A DNA stretch of 64,000 nucleotides from Fimbriosthenelais zetlandica. Its lineage: Eukaryota. Under the pieces are notes generated by a model. It saw only the letters and a list, made by a program, of their open reading frames with translations. It was not told where the DNA came from and made no database searches. Shown here in pieces: positions 26,555 through 38,900 of this stretch. The DNA lies in assembly GCA_977030845.1 (NCBI GenBank), contig OZ365109.1:59768001-59832000 (forward strand), written 5' to 3'. Made by a program: the position numbers and the translations under genes. The stretch's first letter is position 1; each line of letters starts with the position of its first letter.

Positions 26555-28712
26555 GATAATCTACACCTGTGAAGACATGGTGTTTTGCCAGTCTACACCT
26601 GCGAAGACATGATGTTCTGGTAGTCTACACCTGTAGAATCATGATGTTCTGCTAGTCTGCGCCTGTGAGATGATGTTCTGCTAGTCTACACCTGTGAGAT
26701 GATGATGTTCTGATAGTCTACACCTGTGGAATCATGATGTTCTGCTAGTCTGCGCCTGTGAGATGATGTTCTGCCAGTCTACACCTGCGAAGACATGATG
26801 TTCTGGTAGTCTACACCTGTCGAATCATGATGTTCTGCTAGTCTGCGCCTGTGAGATGTTGTTCTGCTAGTCTACACCTGTGAGATGATGATGTTCTGCT
26901 CGTCTACACCTGTGAAGACATGATGTTTTGCCAGTCTACACCTGTGGAATCATGATGTTCTGCTAGTCTGCACCTGTGGAATCATGATGTTCTGCTAGTC
27001 TGCACCTATCAGATGATGTTATGCTAGTCTACACCTGTGAGATGATGATGTTCTGATAGTCTACACCTGTGGAATCATGATGTTCTGCTAGTCTGCACCT
27101 ATGAGATTATGTTCTGCTCGTCTACACCTGTGGAATCATGATGTTCTGCTAGTCTGCACCTATCAGATGATGTTCTGCTAGTCTACACCTGTGAAGACAT
27201 GGTGTTTTGCCAGTCTACACCTGCGAAGACATGATGTTCTGGTAGTCTACACCTGTAGAATCATGATGTTCTGCTATAGTCTGCGCCTGTGAGATGATGT
27301 TCTGCTAGTCTACACCTGTGAGATGATGATGTTCTGATAGTCTAGACCTGTGGAATCATGATGTTCTGCTAGTCTGCACCTATCAGATGATGTTCTGCCA
27401 GTCTACACCTGCGAAGACATGATGTTCTGGTAGTCTACACCTGTAGAATCATGATGTTCTGCTAGTCTGCGCCTGTGAGATTATGTTCTGCTCGTCTACA
27501 CCTGTGAAGACTTGATGTTTTGCCAGTCTAGACCTGTGGAATCATGATGTTCTGGTAGTCTGCACCTGTGGAATCATGATGTTCTGCTAGTCTGCGCCTG
27601 TGAGATGATGTTCTACTAGTCTACACCTGTGAGATGATGATGTTCTGATAGTCTACACCTGTGGAATCATGATGTTCTGCTAGTCTGCACCTATGAGATT
27701 ATGTTCTGCTCGTCTACACCTGTGGAATCATGATGTTCTGCTAGTCTGCACCTATCAGATGATGTTCTGCTAGTATACACCTGTGAAGACATGATGTTCT
27801 GGTAGTCTACACCTGTAGGATCATGATATTCTGCTAGTCTGTACCTGTGAGATCATGATGTTCTGCTAGTCTGCACCTGTGAGATCATGATGTTCTGCTC
27901 GTCTACACCTGTGAAGACATGATGTTCTGGTATTCTGCACCTATGAGATGATGTTCTGCTAGTCTACACCTGCGAGATCATGATGTTCTGCTAGTCTGCA
28001 CCTATCAGATGATGTTATGCTAGTCTACACCTGTGAAGACATGATGTTCTGGTAGTCTTCACCTGTAGAATCATGATGTTCTGATAGTCTACACCTGTGA
28101 GATGATGATGTTCTGATAGTCTACACCTGTGAGATGATGATGTTCTGATAGTCTACACCTGTGAAGACATGATGTTCTGGTAGTCTTGACCTGTAGAATC
28201 ATGATGTTCTGATAGTCTACACCTGTGAGATGATGATGTTCTGATAGTCTACACCTGTGAAGACATGATGTTCTGGTAGTCTTGACCTGTAGAATCATGA
28301 TGTTTTGATAGTCTACACCTGTGAGATGATGATGTTCTGATAGTCTACACCTGTGAGATCATGATGTTCTGCTAGTCTGCACCTATCAGATGATGTTGTG
28401 CTAGTCTACACCTGTGAAGACATGATGTTCTGGTAGTCTTCACCTGTAGAATCATGATGTTCTGATAGTCTACACCTGTGAAGACATGATGTTCTGCTAG
28501 TCTACACCTGTGAAGACATGATGTTCTGCTAGTCTTGGCATGTGAGATGATGTTCTGCTAGTCTGCACGTGTGAGATGATGATGTTCTGCTTGTCTGTAC
28601 CTGTAGAAACATGATGTTCTGCTAGTCTGGGCCTGTAGGATCATGATGTACTGCATGTAGAATCATGATGTTTTGCTAGGCTGAACCTGTGGAAATAGGA
28701 TGTTTTGATGTT
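26555..28712 (-). repeat. Minisatellite array, right arm (same units, reverse-complemented)
   Basis: Units read atgatgttctgctagtct[a/g]cacctgt plus gag/gagatg/gaagac/ggaatc/agaatc. Orientation switches at ...catcatgtctt|gataatctacacctgt (26554/26555). Units are degenerate toward 28560-28712. Confidence 0.95.
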
Positions 28713-29327
28713 CCCGCCCCCTCCCCAAGCCTGCCTTGCCAGGAGATGTGGATATTGGAGACATTTGTGTTAAGCAGGCCTACATGTAGACCCAGACTGA
28801 TCATGTTTTAGATATTTGCAAATTGTTCAATATTATTTTCACAGATTATCTTATGCTCAAGCCATTACATTTGACCTATATTTTTTTTATAGGCCTGAGG
28901 ACATAACGTGTAGACTATAGGCATACCGTAGGCTGTCTGAAATTAAAATGTAGACCCTGCTTCCAATGCATTGTTCTGTGGGCTACCGGTAGTCTATTTG
29001 ATTATAGGGTATGGAATGAATTATAATAGGCCTATCATAATAATTATCTCTAAATTAAGAGCAGCAGAAATGGGCCATGCTGGGCCCTGACATTAGGGTA
29101 GGCCTAGGCCTAGATGAAAATGTAGGCTAATATTAGGCCCTATAGCCTAATATAGGCCTAGGACCTACTACCCGTATAGGGCACCGTGGGACTACATAAG
29201 ACTGGGGGCAGGCAATGGAGGCCTGGAGCTTTTCTTTTTCGAAATAAATACTTGTGAAAATATAGGTTAATTTGACAGAAGGAATTGCTGAAATAAATAT
29301 TATATATTTTGTATGTCATGTGTCCGC

Positions 29328-29358
29328 AATAAAGATGATTGAATTGAATTGAATTGAA
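29328..29358 (+). repeat. AATAAA plus (TTGAA)4, a probable retroelement 3' tail
   Basis: aataaagatgattgaattgaattgaattgaat: a poly(A)-signal-like hexamer followed by a short pentamer microsatellite. Confidence 0.45.
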
Positions 29359-29783
29359 TAAATCTTTTATCCTCATAATAAGGTCATGCTCTTAGGTTTA
29401 TATTGCCATTCGAACCCCTGTTTTCCACCGTTTATGAATAAATAATTTATTTTAAAAGATCCTCCGCCCCCTCCCACCCCGCCATCTATGAGGTGGTCCC
29501 ACCATTTGGAATCAGTCTACAGTTGGCTTTCCATACGAGGTTAGTTTTCCATGATGCCGTTCACGAAGTCCGAATGATGTTCTGCTTGTCTGCAAATAGC
29601 CTCGCCCTCCCTGTATGTAGGGCGTTTTTAGGTACATCTATACTATCACTGGCTAGCCTACACATAAAGACTTATTACATATGTGGTCATTACATCTACC
29701 ATACACTTCCCTCTACGGTTCCACGGCTCGGATATTGTCTTTCATGCATATTCATGAGTCGTCCCGTTTTGCTCTATTATTAT

Positions 29784-29941
29784 TGGATGAACGGGGTCGA
29801 GAACTTCCGTTCCAGAGTCGTTCCAAAGGCATTATATGTCCTGCATTATGATTGGTTTAGAGTGGATGAACGGGCTCGAGAACTTCCGTTCCAGAGTCGT
29901 TCCAAAGGCATTCTATGTCCTGCATTATGATTGGTTTAGAG
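29784..29941 (+). repeat. Tandem duplication, 2 x 79 bp
   Basis: tggatgaacggggtcgagaac...attggtttagag starts at 29784 and again at 29863, with 2 mismatches. Confidence 0.95.
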
Positions 29942-31019
29942 GAATATAATCACCGGGGTTAATCTGTTTATGTCATCTCATTGGCTGCTATATTTTAAGC
30001 CAATGATATTCTTTTATATAAGGCAGTCAGGGGACCAGTGTATTATATTAATAATAATGGCTTTTATTTTTGCTTTATATAATAAGCACGCCTTCGGAAC
30101 CGCATGCATTTGGGGCACTGCACCCATCTTCAAAATATCGGCAAATCAATATTCCCACGAACTGCATTTATAAAGGCAATCTGTGTAATATATTATAGGA
30201 CATTGTGAATAACTGGCATAGGACTCCAAAGTCGTTTGCTTGCGTCCGGGCAATTTGGAATTGTAAAGATTCAACCATTGATATGAGACAGACACCCTAG
30301 CACGTCAAAATATCAATATGATATAGATTAAGCATAGATTTAGGAGGCTATTTATCATCATGTCTCATATACCCATAGCCCACCAGCCATTAGAGCAAAG
30401 AGTGTACTTGGTATATCCGTCAGCCTATATATCCCGAACCAAGCCATCTGTCACCTTATGCTGTCAACCTAGGAGGCAGCGAGTGACCCAGCACCTATGC
30501 TGCCTGTCACTGGAGCACGCTTTTAGAATTGTCTACCCCGCAGTGCAATGCATCACCCTTTGAACCGGGCCCTTCACTCAAAGGAGCTGGAAATTAGAAT
30601 GTCGAAGCTGTTGTATGGTAATGCCCCATTGAGAGATTAAACGTTCTGGATATAAGACTTGACATAACAAGGGTGCTTGAGGCAGCAGTAAATGACCCGA
30701 GGAGAAGAGACTTGAGTCTTAAACATAGCCTGGTGTCTTTGCCCAATCAGTAAGTTAGTACAGATGGATTATAATGAATTATAAAGTTAACATTACTCTA
30801 TCTATTTTTTAATTATGGAAATTCCAAAATAACGGGTACAGATTGATTCAATGATACAAATCTCAACCAATTTTTAAAATTATGATTAGCCAATGAAAAG
30901 AGATCAGAATCAATATGTGAATGCATGCATGGACGAAGCTAGAAATATACACAATTTGAAGTATTAAAAAAAATATTAGAAAGGATTTCTGTACGTTATT
31001 TCTGTATCCTTACAATTGC

Positions 31020-31330
31020 TTATTCCGATCCAAAGGCAAAGAGAACGGAGTGTCCCTCGTTACATCAAAGCCTTTTTTCTGGCTTATTCCGGGCATGTAT
31101 GTCATTAGCCACCAAGGCCATACAAAGAAGGCCTGAACCTCCCCTTATAGCCATGAACCTTGCCTTGCTGAATGCTAGCCTTATTAATGATTTCATCGCC
31201 CAGTGGCCATGAACCTCATGTTCCCATACCTTCTACGGCTACCGGTTGCTATGCTATGCAAAGATGAGTAATGGTATAGCAGTGGCTTTTGCAGGCTATA
31301 TAAGGGACTTATAGGCCACTCATAAAGTAC
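31020..31330 (-). mobile_element. Decayed LINE RT C-terminal relic
   Basis: Minus strand gcctataagtcccttatatagcct reads AYKSLI*P (cf. AYKSLVRPxLEY in CR1/Jockey-type ORF2). Single weak motif. Confidence 0.25.
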
Positions 31331-32878
31331 GAAGAGCTTGTGATATTTTCCATACACACTCTCTCACCCACTGAGTGGTCCTTCTCTCTCCTCCTGTATT
31401 GCATGCCTCTCTCCCATCTCTCCACCTTTTCTATACTCTCTACATCTCTCTCCTCCTGACCATTGCCTTACCCCCCACCCAGTGATCTTCCAACACGTTC
31501 CAACCTATCCTGAAGCCATGGCTGCTTGATAGAGTGCTAAATTGTTTAATGGACAGAGGGGACTCGAACAAGTCCCACTTGTTTCATTGTAGGGGCCAAA
31601 ATCAATAAACAACTCCATGGCCTGTGCTTACCTGAGCAGAAGCCACTGTATGGGCTTCACCCTGTGTGAAGTCTTCTAATACTGATCTATGGGTTCAGCA
31701 AGAATGGCCTGAAAAGCTGGAGGATCAATGTTCAAACTATTATGCCAGGGTTTAAGGTCTCCATTTGAAAATCAAAATGGAACTGAGAGCCAATAAAGCT
31801 CTGACATGATGGCAAAACATTAATAGTTCCCCTAAAAAAAGATGTTTTTAATAATGTGTAATACAAACTGCCACTAAAGTTTATAAGACTTATTTTTTCT
31901 CTAAGTAAGAATATAATAATCCCGTTTAAAAGTTTATGAATTCCCTACTCTATATATAATGTCCATATTATAATACATCTATCTCTGTAAACATTTAAAC
32001 CATAGTCTCCCTTTGATACATTGGTAGGAAAGGGATTATATATTATGATATGTCAGTATAATAGTAATAACATATATCTAGATGCTGTGATTATTTTATG
32101 TTCCCTGCACCCCGGGCGTGCAATAGCCAAACTATTCATAATGAGGGGCGCATGTCACAAACGCAGGATGCTGGCTTCCGCTTTTTATCTCATTAATTAC
32201 TTTTTCTCAGCGTTATATTCTACGGACCGCTGACTGGTTTTACCATGGCATTTATTGATCACAACACACATCATGTTGGGCCTCAGATTATGACAAATGA
32301 GAACTAACTCTCTTCCCTAGGGACGTCTCCCTCTCACCAGCGTTTAAAATGCCATAGCCATACACAGTTGCCTGTCTGCTTGCCTTTGAAATCTTTTGAT
32401 TGAAAGTTTCGCTGGCATTAGTGTTCTATTGCAGAACCTAAGTGTGAAATCAGGCGATGGCTGCTACATTATTGCACTCTCCAGTCAAGAATTCTTATCT
32501 GTAATAGAACAAATGGGAGAACACTCCTGTTGAGTTAAACAAGGAGACGCAGGTCTTTTATGTCCGATATGTTCTAGATTGAATGGAATGAGACAGAGGT
32601 GTTTCCCATTAATTTACAGTGAAAAGGTTGAGCATAAGAAGAGTAACTGGCAAATGATAAGATATTGTTCATAAGATTCAAGTATAATAGTGTGTGACTT
32701 GAACTTTTATGCTGCTCTATGTGTTATCCGATGAACAGTCAATCTTTTCAGGTTGGTTCCAGCTTATTATCTGAAATGCACTTTTTCCTTAATTTGTATC
32801 AATGGTCAGGGGACCGGACTCAATTTGAAGGACTTAACCTGCAGAGGAATGCATGGCTCACGTATTAGGCCTTCATAC

Positions 32879-32983
32879 GTAGGTGGATCCAGAGGGGATG
32901 GTTGATAAGTAATTTATTACGTTTTGGCGGGCCACAAGCCGATTAGGACCACCCCCGTTTCCAGAATCGTAGATCCGCACCTG
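32879..32983. mobile_element. Short degenerate MITE-like element with (GC)GGATCC-type ends
   Basis: aggtggatccaga (32881) vs tagatccgcacctg (to 32983) form an imperfect inverted pair. Confidence 0.3.
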
Positions 32984-35900
32984 AGTTTTTACTTTTGTAT
33001 TCAGCAGATATTAATAGAGTATTAGTTTTGATTCTGTTAATTACTTTTGGGACAATTCACTGTTCTATGAATGTATAGTTAACTAATCTCCCAATGATTT
33101 AATACTTTAATTACATGCATATCCCTTCTCTTGGTCCGTTCTTACATTGAATGCCTGATCTGACGAAGCGTGCCCTTTTAGCATTATAGAATAGATCTAT
33201 TATGGCCGTTTTGATGGCAATTTAAATGGGGCCACTTCAACCACGAGCTTTTTCAGGATTTGACTGAAATTTAGGAAGCATATTATGGCTGGTCGAAAGG
33301 TTGTCTATTTCACCAGTACTCATTCATCATTATTATTGTTCGCAGGCAATATTTTATGCCCTTTATTGCCTTATAGACCCGCCGGGCTTAGCCACGGCCT
33401 TTGACAGGCAATCCATCAGCTTCATGCGTTAAATAACTGTATGATCTTAGCCACAACTGCATGAAATTGGACTTGCATTTTTACAACCATCCGTGAGAAT
33501 GTGACCCGGCAGGGAATAAAATTTCACTCGGTGAAAATTGGAGTGCTCGCTCGGGGACATCGCTTTGTAATCATTCCAGAACCTGAGAAAGCTATGATAA
33601 ATCAAGCGATGTGAATTATCTGATACCAGGCAATTATTTACCAGTTATTTTACTAGCTAGCTCTAAATCATCAGCTGTAGGGATTATGTTACTGCAATAA
33701 TAAACGGGTGTGAAGGTTAAGGTTTTGTAAACACCAAGAAAGTGTATACATCGCCATGCCTTCCCCCCCTGTCTGTCTGTATATACAGTAGGCAAGTAGA
33801 GAGAAAGGAGCAGCTCATCAATGATTCAAGATAAGCCATGTACTGTGTACACATACATGTGACTGGTGGGATTAAATATGCAGACGCCAGGCGAAGGCCG
33901 ACACTGAGGCCTTGCACCTGTTGGCGGCTTGCTGGGGGCTTATACAATCAGCCTGCTACCACGGCCAAGAACCATATACTACTTATAACAACACTCCTGG
34001 GCCCTCCTATATATACACCATAGACACCATGCTGCTACCATGGTGCTGGCACTTTAGCAAAAGCTCCAGCCAGTTGGCTTCCTTTATTTCTTCACTATAT
34101 AGCCCCTAAAATCCCCAGCCCACCTACCTGTCTGAACCCCTCGCTTCCCTCAATTCCCTCTTTTTTTCACCTATGACTAATATGAGGGATGATTATTGCC
34201 CATAGATGAAAATATTAGTTATAGCTCGATGCCTATATTGACTGCCCTCTCCGTTCTGTCCCACACTCCACCTTGCCAATACGGCTTGTTCCGAAGTGTG
34301 AAAAACACACCCTATTACATTGGCGATTCATATCAAATAACCACTTATGCTTATGCCAATTCCCAATGCTGTCAAATCCGGCGAGGTAATGACTTATTTG
34401 GGCCAGTTCGCCCCTCGGTAATATCACGTTTCATGCGAAAAGCTCTGGCGACTGCTAATCCCCGCGGGGATCGGTCGGTGAATAATATGAAAATTCTAAA
34501 TGCAAACAGAGCTGATATGATTACAGGGCATGATAATTGATCCCTATAAAAAGGTGGCATATTTTATCCAGTATAACCTTCCCCATCTGCCATTACGTTC
34601 CCACCACATAGTGCAGAAGAACAGTGTACAGAACTGCAAAAGAGGGGGGAAATGTGATTCAAAATGTCTGCCATTTCATAGGCATATCCCCCCTATATAT
34701 CTCCCTGTGTCCCTTTCTACCAGTGCTCTTTTTTTTCTGCTATAGGCAACACGAGGGAGAGGGTGGGGCATTGTAAGTCCTATTACTTGGCTATAGTGTT
34801 GGCCCTTTTCTCCCGGGACGCAGCCATATCAGGCAGGCCAGAAGGGACTAAGTGGGCAGCAGAAAGCTACAGACTTAACCAGGAGAGAAAAGCTTGGACA
34901 TATAGCCTTGCCCGGCCCATGATAAGTCAAGATGGGTTAGATTTCCAGTCCGGGCAGGCAATGGGCAATGGAGACCAATATCTTGAAACAGAGATATCAT
35001 TCCAAGCCCAGGCCCAGATACTGTCTCTATAGCCCTATTCCTTATCTCCCATTTGATATATCCCGCCATATATTCTTATGTAGGGATCCAAAGAAAGAGT
35101 CATAAATGTCAGTGTGGCATTATATATAAGAGGCAATCTAGAGATGAGCATCTCTAATTAGGGGGAGGCATATAAGACATTCACCCTGCTTGTAATGGCT
35201 TTGAAGCGCTAGATTCTATCACCCCTTGCCATGATGGGTATGGACCATGATCACTAGTGTGAATGAATGGCCATTATGTTAGTTTAGAATAACTGATGAT
35301 CGCTGGACAATGATCTGACGTGTTCACGAGTGAATGTTCCACACTAATTACACAGCCCGTGGACAATATAAATGTTGTGCTCGCCTCCCCTCCTATTTTA
35401 ATGGTCCCATCAACATTAGGCTTGCCAATAAGGGCACATTATTAAAGCATCCGATTACTTGTTGATCCAGAGCTCCGGATGTCGGGATTTGAATTTGAGA
35501 CGACTGCCACGAGTCTGATTAATCACAGGCAAATAAATCACAGTCGGCAAAATAAATGACCTCTGACTTGATCCTTTATACCCGGTGCATAGGTCAGAAG
35601 GTCATTTACCAGGTCTTATTCCCATCAGACAGGGACCCTCGTAGATGGACATGCCCTGCCCCCCTCTTGCTCTTATATATCCATAATGCATAACTCGCCC
35701 AGATGCCCTCCCCTTAATAGCACTCTGACATTCACTTATTGGGGGCTTCAAGTGGATTTTATGCCCACAAAAGCTACAATTGGGAATTGAATCAAATTTC
35801 CCAGTTGCATTTTAAGCCTAGCCGTTTTGCCAGTTCCTGTTTCATTCCCTATAGACAGATCAAAAGCTCATTTGATCTCAGATGACTAATGGGAACAATG

Positions 35901-38900
35901 GCGTAGGGCTTAGTCCTGTCTCCCCACCCCTCTTCCCTTATTTAGAAGCAGCCCGCAGCATTAACAAACTTTTATATTAATTTCCATAAGCCATTGACGA
36001 TAATGTCTATTACCTCCCTTTATCTTCTGATTGCCAAGGCTATATGCCAGGGAAATTTCCCCTTGGCTTTTCCTATATCCCGACGCTTGAAGCAATTTGC
36101 CTACAATCGCGCATCCATTTACTTTAATAAGCTCCCTCCGAGAAACTTTATAGCGGTTACTATGCTCAATCGATAAATACGCATTGTCGCAGGCATATTC
36201 GGGTTTTATTGCTGACATATAAATACACTTCCACAAATTGTTTTCAATGTAACCTTCATTGCTGTCAATATAACAGAACCCTTTTCAAGTTGCAATCTGT
36301 ATTCCAGGCGATGTGGAGCAATGTTTAATCACACAACCTTTTTTCCCATCAAGCTTTAAAACACACACCATGGCCCTGAGCGAAATAAAGGTGTGTATTG
36401 GATGCTATCCAAAGTTTTAATGCCACGTTTTAATGGCGGCATTAAAACGAGACGCAGAGCCTAGCTGTTCAGACACCACAATGCTGTGTTTTTTATTTGT
36501 ATCAAATGACAGTATATCTCCCATGTAAATGAGGATAATCCCTGGTTTTATTACTCTGGAAACGTGAGGCTTTTTCCCCTTCAGTAGATGACAGGCCAGC
36601 ATGCAATAGAAACCATCTCTGAGGCTATAATCAATTTAAATCTATTGTCTATTTGTGTCAGAAGTCCATCCCTTCTATTGATGTCTCGGGTGATAATGAA
36701 TTGTGCCAGTGTATCTTATTTGGCGCCCGGTAATCCCGTTTGATATGATCCATAGCTTCTTATCAGGTGTAGAATCGAGAGACGAGGGGGAGGGGGTCAG
36801 CGGTGGAGTGGCGAGATAGGAGCTGATGGTCTCTAGGTGTGGGGTATCAGGTGTTATCCCAGGTTATCAGCTTGCTGGTAGGGCTAGCTTATTAAATCAG
36901 TAGGTAGCTTCTCACCTCCCCCGGCGTCTGCCTTGCAGGAGGGGAAAGCATTGCAAAAAAGTGAGAGGAAAAGCTGCTCGTGCTTGATACATAGAGAGGT
37001 GTAAGATTGATGGTGTACGTGGGCCAAAAGCATGGAGGAAGGGGGACCAGGGGTATCATATAGGATCAGGGAAAGACCCCTGTGCCAATAGATCACCTCC
37101 AATACTCGACCTATCTGATTGATATGGACTGATACTATCCCCTTTATGTGTCATCACCCGCCGGTAATGCACACACACTCAACACATCCAATGACACACG
37201 CTCATGAAGCCACCCCCAGTGGTAAAGCCCTCCCCAGTGGATGAGACGGTATCACTATGAACTATTCCTGCCCAAATTATCCATCATTTCCACCCCAACT
37301 TGTGTAGGCCAGTCACCCTGGGTAGTGGCCGGGATAGAGCGATCTGTACCAAGTATCCCTACATCCCATTTCTGTCATGATATATCGCCCGGCCCTCCAG
37401 GGGAAGATATGATTGATTACATTTTGGTTTCCTCAAGATATCTACCCGCGGATTCCGAGAAGCAGAACGGAAGCTGATCAGGATTTATTTTCCAAAATGT
37501 TGTCAGATTTTATGAGCATACATCCCTGCTTGGCTATGCTGTTCAGTCTTTGTTCTCCGCAATGCACACAAGCCTTGGATTTGTCTCCACTTGTAGCAAT
37601 CATGTAAAGGCGGGAGCCTAGATTTTCCACTCTATTTCCACCAACTGCGAAAGGCAATACAATTCTCTAGTATTGTACAGAGAGGATATATGTGGGCTCA
37701 TATGACAAACATAGTAGGTGCAGATGTTTAAGGCGGGTGACCATGATTGCTTGGCTACAAAAAGGACATCTGAGACAAGTCTGCACCTGACGATTGATAT
37801 CAAATATCAAAAATATGTCCTCGGCACCGCTTTGATGACACTCAGCCGAGGGGAAATACAATATTGTCAATGAATTCCAACACATGAGTCACCCAGTCGA
37901 CAATTGACTAACATTCACTGAGGCAAGGGTTAATCTTCCCTCGTGCCATTACATTTTACTTGTAATGTATGAAATGCCAAAGTTATTAATTATTCGGATT
38001 GCAACTTTTATAGATTTCAAATTAAGTTAATCTAATTGTGATATAGAATCTAGAAAATTAATGAAAATGTAATGATAGCTCTTCACTTTCTTTCATATCA
38101 TGGATTTTCGGGAATTGGATTTTCGACGTAATACTTTAACAATGGTTGCCATTTGACTGTACTGTATTGAATTGATTTTGCAAGAATTAAGAGTTAATAT
38201 TGACTAAATTTACCATTGCAAATCTTTGAAATTTGATATAGTAGGTGGATATAGGGTTGTATGAATAACACATGATGAGGTATTGGTATAATGAGATGGG
38301 CGTGTGATGGAGGGTTGAGGGTACCAGAGATTGGCGGTACTTGATACACATGGTTATAAACATGTATAGGAATGAGGAGTACCGTTTGCTTTGACCCATC
38401 TGCCCAGCAGTGGCAGGCGGGATTAGCGATGAATGGATGGGCGAGGAGAGAGATGCACCATGGATCAATGATGAGGAAGTGCTGGGGATCAGCCCAGATA
38501 TCCCCTCACGTCAGCCTGCTATGTTTTTGCAACCCACCAGTCTTATCCCAACTTATCTCCACTTACTTTTTGGTACCGTTCATTTATTGAAAATGGAGCG
38601 GTGAAGCTTAGCATTTGTAATTATGAAGAGCCGTGTTTCTTTTTGGTAAGATGCATATAAAAGATACATGTTCATCGCTGGCTCGGAGGCTGAATGACTG
38701 ATTGCAGGGTCTTCAGAAATCTTGCATCATTAATGTCACTCAGAATAAATGGGGGAGGATATTTATTATGCACGGTTGGTTCAAAATTGCCAAATTAAAT
38801 GGTGTGAATTATTCAGGTTGTAAGGATTTCAATACCTCAGTTCAGACAATACACAATACACAGAACATAATGATGGAGTGCCATTGGACCTGATATAGTT

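Noticed and set aside
25063-28298. ORFs 25063-25344 (+) and 28089-28298 (-) as repetitive proteins
   Set aside because: Units of 29/32 bp are not multiples of 3 and stops are frequent. The ORFs are by-products of the satellite.
25130-28712. CRISPR-like array (constant core plus variable segment)
   Set aside because: The variable parts are only 3-6 nt and recur from a small set rather than being unique spacers. There are no cas genes and the context is eukaryotic.
31555-31580. tRNA or tRNA-derived SINE from a B-box-like GTTCGAGTCCC (minus strand); similar at about 29410
   Set aside because: There is no A box at the proper distance and no cloverleaf.
38521-38572. MFLQPTSLIPTYLHLLF(A) as the signal-peptide exon (phase-1 compatible)
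   Set aside because: The donor tg|gtaccg is poor and the hydrophobic core is weak. It cannot be supported without transcript data.
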